DNA of 63,522 bases from positions 1 to 63,522 of IMG/VR virus record IMGVR_UViG_3300013132_000051. The stretch is one strand, 5' to 3'. Below, in pieces: positions 47,756 to 56,624 of the stretch. Each line of letters begins with the position of its first letter. Positions within the stretch are counted from its first letter, which is position 1. The notes below the pieces were generated by a model. That model had not been told where the DNA came from. It worked only from the letters and a program-made list of their open reading frames with translations, and did no database searches. This DNA is from a virus (lineage: Duplodnaviria; Caudoviricetes). A program made the translations under genes and the position numbers.

Positions 47756-48018
47756 TCGTCATTCTCCTCGGGACGACGGAACCAGACGGGCGTGTGCGGC
47801 CCGAACCAAGCCCCGACGACGTTGAAGTCCATCCACTCGACCGCCTCTTCGTATTCCATTCCGTCGCGCACCCGGAGAACCTCGACCGCCTTCCCGTAGT
47901 CGTAGACGGCGAGGGTAGGTTGCCCGCACCTCTCCGCCATGCCGATGAGCGCGTCGTCGAACCCGTCGGCGAAGAGCGCGTTGGGATTCTCCTCGGCGAT
48001 GCGTTCGCGGAGGGTCAT
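47752..48018 (-). CDS. conserved-type small phage protein
   Basis: ADGFDDALIG...VYD...EEAVEW..FNV.GAW.G..TP; ATGA coupling. Confidence 0.8.
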   Translation of the reverse strand: MTLRERIAEENPNALFADGFDDALIGMAERCGQPTLAVYDYGKAVEVLRVRDGMEYEEAVEWMDFNVVGAWFGPHTPVWFRRPEENDE

Positions 48019-48269
48019 GCGTCCACCACCATATCGAGTTGGATCCACTTCATCGGGTACGTCATTTGGACGTTGAACGTGATGGATAGCTTGCCGTCAG
48101 GGCCGTGCTCGGCGCTCTGAAACGCCGGTAGGAGCGCCGCTCGGGGGCACCAAGCCACGTCCGGGATGCCCTCGGGGATCGTGAACCCTAGCGCCCGTAG
48201 CTCGCCCGCCGTTACGCACGTCGCGGGGTCGTACTCGCTCGGGACGCTCGGGATGTTCTTCTCGCTCAT
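48015..48269 (-). CDS. hypothetical protein
   Basis: ATGA coupling at both ends. Confidence 0.65.
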   Translation of the reverse strand: MSEKNIPSVPSEYDPATCVTAGELRALGFTIPEGIPDVAWCPRAALLPAFQSAEHGPDGKLSITFNVQMTYPMKWIQLDMVVDA

Positions 48270-48718
48270 GGCTCTTCTTCCTCGGGCTCCGATAGATAGA
48301 ACTCCGCCGCGCCCGGAGGCATGGGCTGCACTTGGATCATCGACCGCCCAAGGTACCCCGTCACCGAGTCCCGGTAATCGCACTTCGTACACCGGACCGA
48401 ACCCGCCCACGGGCTCGCCAGCATCAACCCTCGGGTCCGTTCCATCGGGCTCTTACACCGGGGGCAATCCGAACCCTCAGGTGCGGGCTCCCACGAGATC
48501 CCGAAGAGATGGGTGAACTGAAGCGGGATCGGATTCTTGACCGCCTCCAGAAGAAGGCGAGCCTGCTCCACGGCGTCGAACTCGGGCACCCGCTTCTTCA
48601 GGCACCAGCGGCACGTCACCTCGGCCCAATCGGTCGTCTTATTGGCGATGGCGTCGGGTACTCGCCCGCACGTCGAAGTTTGATACTCCCCCTCGGCCTT
48701 GTAGTGATGCGTCTTCAC
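48266..48718 (-). CDS. zinc-finger-like hypothetical protein
   Basis: VTCRWC, CPRC, CTKC; GTGA coupling. Confidence 0.7.
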   Translation of the reverse strand: MKTHHYKAEGEYQTSTCGRVPDAIANKTTDWAEVTCRWCLKKRVPEFDAVEQARLLLEAVKNPIPLQFTHLFGISWEPAPEGSDCPRCKSPMERTRGLMLASPWAGSVRCTKCDYRDSVTGYLGRSMIQVQPMPPGAAEFYLSEPEEEEP

Positions 48719-49413
48719 GGGGTTTCTCCAGTCGGCCAACTACACCGCGTACACCCGTAGGCGTCGCCTACGTCAGGGGGCGTGAGGTGGGTCGTCTGGG
48801 TAGGCGATCCGCACCGGGGGCACTCCTTCGGCACGACGGGAACGTCTACGCGAAGGGGAATCTCCCCGACGAACTCGACCTCGGAAGCGGCGTAGCTCTC
48901 CGGGTAGATGACGCTCCGGTCGGTGACGATGAAATCGCTCTCTTGGAACTGCCTCTGGTACGCCGCCTTGCGGGAGTGGTCGAAGCCGGACTCCGCGATA
49001 CGGTTGAACGCCTCCCGGTATTCGTCAGCGGCTCGGGCGTGCAACTCGTCGAGAATACGCTTGTCCTCGGCTTCCCGAATCGACGCGGCTCCGAACTGCA
49101 CGGCTCGCTCTAGGTCGGAGGGGGCGTCTTTGTGGGTCATGTTCCCTCGGGTCGCCCAATCTAGGAGGGCGTGTTTGAGGCTCGGGTTTTCTTGGATGGT
49201 CGGGCTTACGGGCAAATCAATGAGCGTATCCCGGCGCAAGGGCTGGGCTACTCCGAGAGGGCACCACTCGGGGGCTTGGAACTCGGTCAGGGTCAAGCCT
49301 CGCCCCTCCGGTAAGAAATCCGGGTGGTCGCAAGACGCACTCGCCTCGACGCTGCCGATCCAAGTCGTGTTCCGGTAGTAACACGACCGACAATTTCGAC
49401 GGGGCTCAGACAT
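48715..49413 (-). CDS. Cys-motif hypothetical protein
   Basis: CRSC...C...PEWCPL at the N-terminus; CPRC...CTRC at the C-terminus. Confidence 0.65.
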   Translation of the reverse strand: MSEPRRNCRSCYYRNTTWIGSVEASASCDHPDFLPEGRGLTLTEFQAPEWCPLGVAQPLRRDTLIDLPVSPTIQENPSLKHALLDWATRGNMTHKDAPSDLERAVQFGAASIREAEDKRILDELHARAADEYREAFNRIAESGFDHSRKAAYQRQFQESDFIVTDRSVIYPESYAASEVEFVGEIPLRVDVPVVPKECPRCGSPTQTTHLTPPDVGDAYGCTRCSWPTGETP

Positions 49414-49621
49414 TTTTCGACCTTCGGACCCGGAGCGGTCGCCCCGGACGGAAATGCGAAAGCTCGTACCGGCCCTTCCCGCCTCGGGCGAGCCAAGCAT
49501 CGAGGTTGCACGGGGCGCACTTCGCGTGGACCTTCGCCCCGCTCGGCGTGATGTAGGTCGGGAGCGTCCCCCGCTCCAACCCCTTCCCGCACAAGGGGCA
49601 GAGGATGTCTCGGAACGTCAC
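49406..49621 (-). CDS. small zinc-finger-like protein
   Basis: CPLC...HAKC; GTGA coupling. Confidence 0.6.
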   Translation of the reverse strand: MTFRDILCPLCGKGLERGTLPTYITPSGAKVHAKCAPCNLDAWLARGGKGRYELSHFRPGRPLRVRRSKNV

Positions 49622-49902
49622 GGCTCGTACCCCTCGCCTAGCGCCGCCTTCATCTCGCGCAGCCACCAACGCATCCTTTGGAGCGTACCGGGGCCGACGC
49701 TCGCGAAGTCCCCGGTGAAGGTGACCTGTTGACCGCCCTTCCCCCGGTTCTCGTGGTGTCGGACCGCGCTCTCAAACTCCCCGGCGAGAGCCGTGAGAAT
49801 CGCCCGGACGCGCTCGTCCGACCCCTCGGGCATCTCGTAGACGTACCGGATGGGTACGTCGCCCGCCGTCGAGATAGGCTTCATGTCGGTCTTGTCGTCC
49901 AT
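49618..49902 (-). CDS. hypothetical protein
   Basis: ATG 49902, 7 nt after a GGGTAA motif. Confidence 0.65.
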   Translation of the reverse strand: MDDKTDMKPISTAGDVPIRYVYEMPEGSDERVRAILTALAGEFESAVRHHENRGKGGQQVTFTGDFASVGPGTLQRMRWWLREMKAALGEGYEP

Positions 49903-49909
49903 AGCACCG

Positions 49910-50182
49910 TTACCCTTTCGGCTTCTGACGGGCGTCGGCGCAAATCTGGGCGGGGTTCGCCCCGTGGTGCCGGAGCCCGTTCGCCCAATACCACTCGCAC
50001 GCCCACGCCGCGCCTCGGATCTCAGCGATCCTCTCAGCCTCTTCGCGTCCCTCTTGAGCCAACTCAAAGAGCCCCTGCATCGACTCCATGACCGTCCGTA
50101 GCTTTTCTAGCTCGGCCAGAAGCTCTAGCTCACGCTCGGTCGGTTCGTCCTCGGGTCCGTGGCAGAAGTCGGCTTCGCTCAT
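49910..50182 (-). CDS. hypothetical protein
   Basis: 90-aa ORF filling the array. Confidence 0.65.
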   Translation of the reverse strand: MSEADFCHGPEDEPTERELELLAELEKLRTVMESMQGLFELAQEGREEAERIAEIRGAAWACEWYWANGLRHHGANPAQICADARQKPKG

Positions 50183-50204
50183 GGGTTCAAGTCCTTCATC
50201 AGAT

Positions 50205-50441
50205 TCACGACGCGCCCCACACGGAGTCCGGATTCTCCACGAGAAACAGCGCGACCGATAGCTTGTGGTCGAGAAGCTCCCCGGCGGGAAGGCCGGAGTC
50301 CTCCTCTAGCCACCGGAAGTACCGCATGAGGGTCTCGTGCCTAGAGTCCCCGCGCCGGTAAATGCGGTTCGTTGCGACGGTGGGGGTTTGCAATAGGCTG
50401 CAATCAGATCGCGGCGTCTTGAGGTAGAGGTTGAGGCTCAC
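50205..50441 (-). CDS. hypothetical protein
   Basis: GTGA coupling; LLQTPT motif. Confidence 0.6.
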   Translation of the reverse strand: MSLNLYLKTPRSDCSLLQTPTVATNRIYRRGDSRHETLMRYFRWLEEDSGLPAGELLDHKLSVALFLVENPDSVWGAS

Positions 50442-50938
50442 CGCTCGGACTCCCCGCGCTCAATGGCGTTGGCGAGGTCGATCATCACGCCGCGCTCGCG
50501 CATCGACACGCGATCATCCATCGTCGCGTGCGCGAGCCTCGCCCGGATGTACGAAATGACGCGCTGGCGCTCCGTGAACGCCTCGTTGTGAATCGCCTGC
50601 TCCGCGTCGGCTTCGGCGTGCGCGAGGCGAGCCTTGAGTTCGTCGCGCTCCTGCTGAAGCGTCCCATACTGAGTGCTCCACCATGCATCGCTGGTGGCGA
50701 GCGCATCGTCGATGGCCCGCTGTCGCTCGGCCCGCGCCTCGTCTAGCTGCCGCCGGAGCACCTCTTGAGAGGCGAGAAGCTCGTCCGCTGCCTGAATCAG
50801 CGATATGTCAGGCTTGGACCCCAACTTGGCGGCGAGTGCTTTCAAGATCATGCGATCCGCGTCCCGCTCTAGCAGGGCTTCATACCGCTCGGCTTCAAGC
50901 CGTCTCACGCGGTCTTCGGGGTCGTCCGGGGAGGTCAT
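50438..50938 (-). CDS. coiled-coil hypothetical protein
   Basis: ATG 50938, 8 nt after GCGTAA; E/R/A-rich helices. Confidence 0.7.
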   Translation of the reverse strand: MTSPDDPEDRVRRLEAERYEALLERDADRMILKALAAKLGSKPDISLIQAADELLASQEVLRRQLDEARAERQRAIDDALATSDAWWSTQYGTLQQERDELKARLAHAEADAEQAIHNEAFTERQRVISYIRARLAHATMDDRVSMRERGVMIDLANAIERGESER

Positions 50939-50975
50939 ATCGAACCTTACGCCCTCGCGGAAGAAACCTAGCGGA

Positions 50976-51317
50976 TTACCTAGCGTCTTTACGCTCGACG
51001 GACGCCTCGGACGAGAACCCCTCGGGGTAGCGGAGGCGTAGCTTGGCGATGTTCCCGGCGGCAATCTCGCTGAGCGGAAGCTCCAACGCCGTCGCCATCT
51101 CCGCGACGTACCAGAGCACGTCGCCTACCTCCTTGGCGAGCTTCTCGCGGTCGAGAGAGTGCCCGTGGAAGACGACTTTCTTGATGAGGTCGGCGGCTTC
51201 CCCGGCTTCGCCCGTGAGCCCTAGCGCGGCCATCGTCAGGTGGCGGGGCGCACCTAGCTCGGGGCCGTGGAAATTGCTCGTGCGGTGGGCGAGGCGCTGG
51301 TACTCGTCTAGGTCCAT
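50976..51317 (-). CDS. mazG: MazG-like nucleoside triphosphate pyrophosphohydrolase
   Basis: EYQ..A.RT, LGL.GEAGE..D.IKK, KEVGDVLWY, N..KL..RYP.GF. Confidence 0.9.
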   Translation of the reverse strand: MDLDEYQRLAHRTSNFHGPELGAPRHLTMAALGLTGEAGEAADLIKKVVFHGHSLDREKLAKEVGDVLWYVAEMATALELPLSEIAAGNIAKLRLRYPEGFSSEASVERKDAR

Positions 51318-51333
51318 GCGCGAACCCTACCGC

Positions 51334-51513
51334 TCAATCCCGGTACGGCTCGGGGTCGGGAACCGTGAGGTCATGGACCCGCACCGACATACGCTCGTAC
51401 CCCAGAAGGTAGAGCACCTCGGAGAGCGGGTGGGCCACGACGTTGTGGAGCGTCCACCGCCACCGGGGAGGCAGCTTGCCGATCAGGCTAGGTAGTAGGT
51501 CGAACGGGGTCAC
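51334..51513 (-). CDS. small hypothetical protein
   Basis: WTLHNVVAHPLSE...HDLT; GTGA coupling. Confidence 0.65.
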   Translation of the reverse strand: MTPFDLLPSLIGKLPPRWRWTLHNVVAHPLSEVLYLLGYERMSVRVHDLTVPDPEPYRD

Positions 51514-51863
51514 GCTTCGATCTTCGGCTTCGGCGCGTACTTCGCGTGGACCCGCTTCCACTCCTCGGCGGTCGCTCGGAGGGCCTTCTCGCTCGGGACG
51601 ATAGTGCCCAAGCCCTCGACGTGGATCGACCCCAAATGGGTGAGGGTCACGATCAGGTCGCCGAGTAGGTCCGTACACTCGGTAGAAATCTCCCGGATCT
51701 CCTCGGGAGTGAGCCCCGCCTCGGTCGCCGCCCGGACCGCCGCCTCGTAGTTGGAGGTCGCCTCGGGGTCTCCCGGCTCCGACGCCGCCACGAACATCGC
51801 CGCCGCCTCTAGGTCAGAGACAGCCTCTTCGCGGGGGGTCTTACGGCAACACGACTCGCTCAC
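51510..51863 (-). CDS. hypothetical protein
   Basis: GTGA coupling at both ends. Confidence 0.6.
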   Translation of the reverse strand: MSESCCRKTPREEAVSDLEAAAMFVAASEPGDPEATSNYEAAVRAATEAGLTPEEIREISTECTDLLGDLIVTLTHLGSIHVEGLGTIVPSEKALRATAEEWKRVHAKYAPKPKIEA

Positions 51864-52072
51864 GGCTCCCCCCGGTAAGGGACGAGGTGGATCTCTAGGT
51901 CTTGGGTCTTCGTCCACACGCGCCTCTCGACGACGTAGACGCCGGAGTCCGCCGTCTCGACGAGATCCCCGACGTTCGGCGGGACCCGCCAATGAAGGAA
52001 CGTGACCCGTCGCTGGGTCGGCGTTCCGTGGTCGTCGCCGTGGATGACGGTCAGGAGCCCTAGATCGGTCAT
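51860..52072 (-). CDS. hypothetical protein
   Basis: coupled; P.VGD.V...Y.V..R.W pattern. Confidence 0.65.
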   Translation of the reverse strand: MTDLGLLTVIHGDDHGTPTQRRVTFLHWRVPPNVGDLVETADSGVYVVERRVWTKTQDLEIHLVPYRGEP

Positions 52073-52326
52073 GCGCCGCTCTTTTCGGTTCGGGGGTACG
52101 CCTCTCGGGAACCGCTCGCTCGCTCGCGAGCGTAGCGGGAGGTGTAGATGGGGAAGGCTTCCGGCGGAAGGAGCCGGAGGAGGTGGGCGTTCTCGCTACG
52201 GAGGTACTCGACCTCGTGGAGAATCCGCGAATAGGCGTCGAGTAGTTCCGTGAGCGCCGTCGTGTCCTTCAAGATGAGAAGGGCCGCAATCTCAGCGCGA
52301 ATCTCTTGGAGGCGTTCGGGGGTCAT
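52069..52326 (-). CDS. hypothetical protein
   Basis: SD AAGGA; MTPERLQEIR...LL.EVE.LR. Confidence 0.7.
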   Translation of the reverse strand: MTPERLQEIRAEIAALLILKDTTALTELLDAYSRILHEVEYLRSENAHLLRLLPPEAFPIYTSRYARERASGSREAYPRTEKSGA

Positions 52327-52338
52327 GAGAGCGTCCTT

Positions 52339-52656
52339 TCAAACGGAGTCGAGTTCGACGGGTTGCTTGCCGAGCCACTCTAGGAGCGTCTCGCCCTTGT
52401 GCTGGTAGATGCGGAGGGCTAGTTCCGGGTCCGGAAAGCTCCACTTGTCCTCGGGGGTGCAGTTCTCGCACGCGAAGTATATCTCCGCCTCGTCCCGTCG
52501 TCCCTCTAGGCGGGCGATTTGCGTTCGGACGCCGGTCTTATCGACGGCGACGGTAAGCGACTCCATCTCGTCCTCGACGCGCCGGAAACCCGCGTAGACG
52601 GCGATCTGGTGTAGGTAGGTACCCTCGCACTTCGGACAGCATAAGCGGGTCATCAT
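52339..52656 (-). CDS. zinc-ribbon-like hypothetical protein
   Basis: CPKC...LH, F.CENC, QHKG.T; ATG 8 nt after GCGTAA. Confidence 0.7.
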   Translation of the reverse strand: MMTRLCCPKCEGTYLHQIAVYAGFRRVEDEMESLTVAVDKTGVRTQIARLEGRRDEAEIYFACENCTPEDKWSFPDPELALRIYQHKGETLLEWLGKQPVELDSV

Positions 52657-52664
52657 GCCCGTCT

Positions 52665-52925
52665 TTACGCCTTCGGGGGCTCGCCGGAAGCGCGGCGGTA
52701 CTTGCGGCGGGAGTTGCGGTCGGCCTTGGAAGCGGGCTCTTCTTCGCGGGGCGTACCGAAAGCCCAAAAGCCCCGGCACACGACGGCCTCCATCGCGAGG
52801 AGGGTCTCCTCCGGGTTGGGGTAGGGGTCCTGAAAGTCTAGGCGGTCGATGTCGGCGTCGCGTTGAAACGGCCCGACCCAATCGAAGGTGTGGAAGCCGG
52901 GGCCATTCAACGGCGAGCGTCTCAT
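52665..52925 (-). CDS. hypothetical protein
   Basis: 86-aa ORF filling the gap. Confidence 0.5.
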   Translation of the reverse strand: MRRSPLNGPGFHTFDWVGPFQRDADIDRLDFQDPYPNPEETLLAMEAVVCRGFWAFGTPREEEPASKADRNSRRKYRRASGEPPKA

Positions 52926-52941
52926 TAGAAAGCCGCGCCCG

Positions 52942-53406
52942 TCATCCCGTGTACACGGGGGTCACCCGCCAAAACGGCAAGGGTTTCTCCATCGCACGGG
53001 CCATCCGAGCGTGGTCTTCCAAGCGCACGTTGTGGACGTTGCGGGCGAGCGACACCGGGGGCGGAGCCACGAACTCAATCACCTCGACCTCGTAGCCGAA
53101 GGCGAACGCGAGGTCGTGGTACTTGCTCGCTTCCCAAAGACGGATGTTCGTGTTGTCCGCGATGACCGTCTCGGCCCCTTGAAAGACACCCTCGGCAAAC
53201 CTCTTGAGGCAATAGGCGTGGGCCTCTTGGCGACGGTCCGCGCTCCATCGGTACACGCCGTCCGGCCCCGTGAAGAAATCGTCCGCCGAGCAATACACGG
53301 TCCCCGGCTTCCACGTCCCGGAGAGCGTGTCGAACCATCGGGTTCGGGCGTAGGTGGTCTTGCCGGAGCCGGGGAGGCCCCGAAGGACGTAGGCGCGCTT
53401 GATCAT
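52942..53406 (-). CDS. P-loop kinase, AAA_33/N4BP2-like (polynucleotide kinase-type)
   Basis: RGLPGSGKTT, SADDFF, AH..C, DNTN, RNVHNV. Confidence 0.88.
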   Translation of the reverse strand: MIKRAYVLRGLPGSGKTTYARTRWFDTLSGTWKPGTVYCSADDFFTGPDGVYRWSADRRQEAHAYCLKRFAEGVFQGAETVIADNTNIRLWEASKYHDLAFAFGYEVEVIEFVAPPPVSLARNVHNVRLEDHARMARAMEKPLPFWRVTPVYTG

Positions 53407-53413
53407 GCTAGAG

Positions 53414-53484
53414 TTCGGGGTGATGGAATCGAACCATCATTCGCGGATTCAAAGTCCGATGTCCTGCCATTAGACGAACCCCGA
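53414..53484 (-). tRNA. tRNA-Gln (anticodon TTG), CCA not encoded
   Basis: cloverleaf: acceptor TCGGGGT/ACCCCGA, D-arm GTCT-AATGGCA-GGAC, anticodon arm CGGA-CTTTGAA-TCCG, T-arm GATGG-TTCGATT-CCATC; U1-A72 as in bacterial tRNA-Gln. Confidence 0.92.
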
Positions 53485-53524
53485 GCGAGGGCTATCCCGC
53501 CGGATATTACGCCGAAGAGCGAAA

Positions 53525-56011
53525 CTACACGGGGGAGAGAGTCTGGTTACGGGGAGCGAGGCCGAGATTCTCAAACGAGATGCCCGTCAGGGGGTCCAGG
53601 TCCGACCCGCAGAGAATCCCCCCGTTGGCCGGACCGGGGGAGACGAGCTTGACCCCGGTGGTGCCCTTGACCGTGACGGAGCCGGTAAGCGACTCCAGAG
53701 TCGCGCCCGACTGCGAAGACACCGAATACGCCCCCGTCAACGCCGAGATACCTACGTCGCCCGTGAACACGTCTAGGGCGTACCCGGAAGCCGAATCGAG
53801 CTGGAGGGAGTTGAGGCCCGCGACAGCGGCGAAGTCTCCCTGGAGCGTCTCAAAGGTGAAGCTCCCGACGGTAATCGTCGTGGAATGGTTGCCCTGGAGG
53901 GTGATTTCTTCGACCCTATCGCCGTAAGTGAGCGTGTAAGTATCGGTATCGCCTCCGGCGTTGCCCGTAGCGGGGGTCGAGTTGATCTGCAAAGAGTGCG
54001 ACGCGCCGTTTGCCGGATTAGAATCAGCAGGCCCCGAGACGACCGTGGTCATGCCCCCCGAAACCGACGCCGTGTACGAGGAGGCGTTGATATTGACCCG
54101 CTGGCCGGACGAGAGCGAGAGGGAACTCTGGGCCCGGAGGTCCAGCGTCGCCGCGTCGGCAATATCAATGCGGGGAGCCGCGAGCCGGATACCCGAAGGG
54201 GAAGCGAGAGTAACCCCCGCCGTACCGGCAATCAGTACCGACGGAACCGTACCTCCGGTGGAGGCCGAGGGGTCCCCTCCGTCGAGCGCGGTCGAAGCCC
54301 CGGAGGTAGGGGTACCTGAGGCGGAGATAACGACCGTCCCGTTCGGAGCGAGAACCGCGACGCCGGTATTACCGGGACCCGAGGAACCGGAGAGTGAGAG
54401 GCCCCCTGAAGCCTCTAGGGAGAGAAGGCCCCCAGAAGAAACGCGAGCCGAGCCGACGAGCGAAATCTCGGCGGCGGACCCCCCGGCCCCGACCCGAGCC
54501 CGGTACGCGCCGGACTTTGTCCATGACGAAAACGACTCCCGCCCCCCGACAACCGGAGGAATAACCCGAAAGAGGGAGGCGGCGTGGTCCCCGAGAGCCG
54601 CGCCTAACCCCGAATAGAGGCCGGGAGCCGTACCGGGAGCGCCCCCAAAGACAACCGGCTTTAGCGGGAGCCCATAGAGAGGGCGACCCGTAACCGAGTA
54701 AGGGTCGTTACCGACGACCGAGCCGAGCACCCACTCGACGAACGCCCGGTTGGGCGAGAGCGAGTAGGGGGAGGCGTCGTTGACCGAGCCCGTAGGGAGC
54801 CGTTCGGATTCAAAGCCGTCGGTCTGCTCAGTGACCGGGAGCGTCCCGTCGCTGGTGTGAGATACTTCTACGCGGTACTCGGTAAGGGAAGAGCCCGGAG
54901 CGCCGTCGCCGGGAGGGGCGAGCGCATTCACGACGCCGGTAACGGGGAGCCCCCCGGCTCCCGGAGTAACGCCGACGCGGTAGAGGGGCTTGCCCGCGTA
55001 CGCAACGGAAGCGTCTCCCGGATTAGGGTCCCCCCGGAAGCCGGTCGAGAGTACAAACCCACCCCACCCGAGGAACGTAAACGGATCGAGCGAATCGGGA
55101 ATCGTTCCCCCCGCCTCGACGAAGCGCGACGCCGGAGCGAGGCCGGGAGACTCGCCCTCAACGAACGTCGCGTCCGCGTAGCGGCGAGAGAAGATCAGCC
55201 CCGGAGTAAGCAGACCCTGGGGCTCTGGGTTCGGAGGGAATGAACTCGTGTCGAGGGGAATACCGTCGGCCCCCGTCTGGGGAATCGGCGCATCCCACCA
55301 CAGCCCATCCGAGAACATCGCCGTCGGCAATAGTCTAGCCTCGCGAGCGACCGGCCCCGAGTAGACCCGAGTACCCGAGGTAACGGCGTAGCTCGCGACG
55401 GACCTAGCTACGAACGCCGAGTCCGCGTCTCGCAGGGCCAGCTCGCACCCCCGCCGGTTCGCCAGCAAGACAGAGTCGTCTAGTACGAGGTCGGAGCCTT
55501 CCGAGCTAGAGCAGAGCACGTTACCGGGACCGGCGTGGCGGAGTTTGAACCGGACCCGTTCGGCGAAGCCGATAGCCGTGGCCCGGTCCTTTGGGGTATC
55601 TAACCCCTCCCCCGGCCCAAACCTAGAGAAGGGCGTCCACTCGTGGCCCATCCACGGAGCCGGAGGAACCCACCCCAGGATAACCGGAGTCCTAGCCGAG
55701 GCGGTACCGGAGGACTCCCGAGCCGCCCACCCGACCAGGCACAGGTCCCCCCGCTCAGGCAACGCCCCGAAGAAGTGCCGACGCCCTCCGCCGGGGAGAG
55801 TCAGGTCTACTCCGGCGTGCTCGAAGGTATCGGCTTCGCCCGTGAGCACGACGAGGGTGCATTTTAGCTCCTCGTACTGGATCTCTTTGAGCCGAGCGAC
55901 GGAGATGGCTAGCTCGGCCCAATTCTTCGACGGGTTTGCCGCTGAGACCTCTTCGCCCCGGAGTTCCCCCCGGATAGCGGAGCGGCTCATATGGGGGGTA
56001 CTCATCGCCAT
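53525..56011 (-). CDS. baseplate central spike, gp5/gpV-like
   Basis: N-terminal OB-fold-type motif LPERGDLCLVGW; C-terminal G/S/T-rich short beta repeats typical of a spike beta-helix. Confidence 0.7.
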   Translation of the reverse strand: MAMSTPHMSRSAIRGELRGEEVSAANPSKNWAELAISVARLKEIQYEELKCTLVVLTGEADTFEHAGVDLTLPGGGRRHFFGALPERGDLCLVGWAARESSGTASARTPVILGWVPPAPWMGHEWTPFSRFGPGEGLDTPKDRATAIGFAERVRFKLRHAGPGNVLCSSSEGSDLVLDDSVLLANRRGCELALRDADSAFVARSVASYAVTSGTRVYSGPVAREARLLPTAMFSDGLWWDAPIPQTGADGIPLDTSSFPPNPEPQGLLTPGLIFSRRYADATFVEGESPGLAPASRFVEAGGTIPDSLDPFTFLGWGGFVLSTGFRGDPNPGDASVAYAGKPLYRVGVTPGAGGLPVTGVVNALAPPGDGAPGSSLTEYRVEVSHTSDGTLPVTEQTDGFESERLPTGSVNDASPYSLSPNRAFVEWVLGSVVGNDPYSVTGRPLYGLPLKPVVFGGAPGTAPGLYSGLGAALGDHAASLFRVIPPVVGGRESFSSWTKSGAYRARVGAGGSAAEISLVGSARVSSGGLLSLEASGGLSLSGSSGPGNTGVAVLAPNGTVVISASGTPTSGASTALDGGDPSASTGGTVPSVLIAGTAGVTLASPSGIRLAAPRIDIADAATLDLRAQSSLSLSSGQRVNINASSYTASVSGGMTTVVSGPADSNPANGASHSLQINSTPATGNAGGDTDTYTLTYGDRVEEITLQGNHSTTITVGSFTFETLQGDFAAVAGLNSLQLDSASGYALDVFTGDVGISALTGAYSVSSQSGATLESLTGSVTVKGTTGVKLVSPGPANGGILCGSDLDPLTGISFENLGLAPRNQTLSPV

Positions 56012-56624
56012 AGGCTCGATCTCCTCTCAAGGAGAACGATACGGGGTAGCTACCGACCTGCCTGGAGTAGCCCCGAGAGAGCGAGGCCCGAGATCTGCCC
56101 CGGACTCCCAGAGACCCGGAGTCCGTAAAGCCCGTACCCACTCTCGTTTGACGAAGCCCGCGAAATACCTAACGAATCTGGGGGTCGAATATCTCTGATA
56201 AAAGAAAGAAAATCGTTTCTCGGATCTCTTTAGCGAATCTTTCTAGACGAGAGGGAACCGGGGGCGTAGGCTCTGGGCTCTTTGAGCTTTCCTCCCTGTA
56301 CTAGCCCGTACCTGAGAGGGAGGACCGGAAGGGGAGAGACTCTCCGGGTTCTATTCGGAGGGGTATCCCGTCTAGGGGGGAGGGGGAACCGGATGACCGG
56401 AACCGGATGACCGGAACCGGATGACCGGACGGGGCCGAAGAGCCCGATCCGTTCACTCTCCCCCCGAGGGGTTCGATTCGGAAACCGAACCCCCGTCGAA
56501 ATCGGTCTGAAATTTCTTACTTCGATTCCGAAACGGGGTTCACCCCGGCGAAGTTCCTAACCCGCGAGGACCGCGTGGACATCCTAGTACGCAACGAACC
56601 TACTCACACCCGGAGGCTCTACTG
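56012..56624. other. largest non-coding region (divergent; repeats, AT-rich patch, hairpin)
   Basis: no credible ORF; A-rich tract near 56197-56213; hairpin GGGGTTCG/CGAACCCC at 56468-56493. Confidence 0.7.
56385..56429 (+). repeat. tandem repeat, 14-bp unit x3.2
   Basis: GGAACCGGATGACC at 56385, 56399 and 56413, plus GGA. Confidence 0.95.

Noticed and set aside
28018-51317. Z-genome (2-aminoadenine) pathway from the HD and MazG-like genes
   Set aside because: No PurZ is visible, the two genes are 22 kb apart, and both families are common in ordinary phages. It cannot be excluded outside the window.
56385-56429. CRISPR-like repeat
   Set aside because: Head-to-tail 14-bp units with no spacers.
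56468-56534. tRNA suggested by GGTTCGATTC
   Set aside because: No T-stem pairing or cloverleaf around either TTCGATTC.
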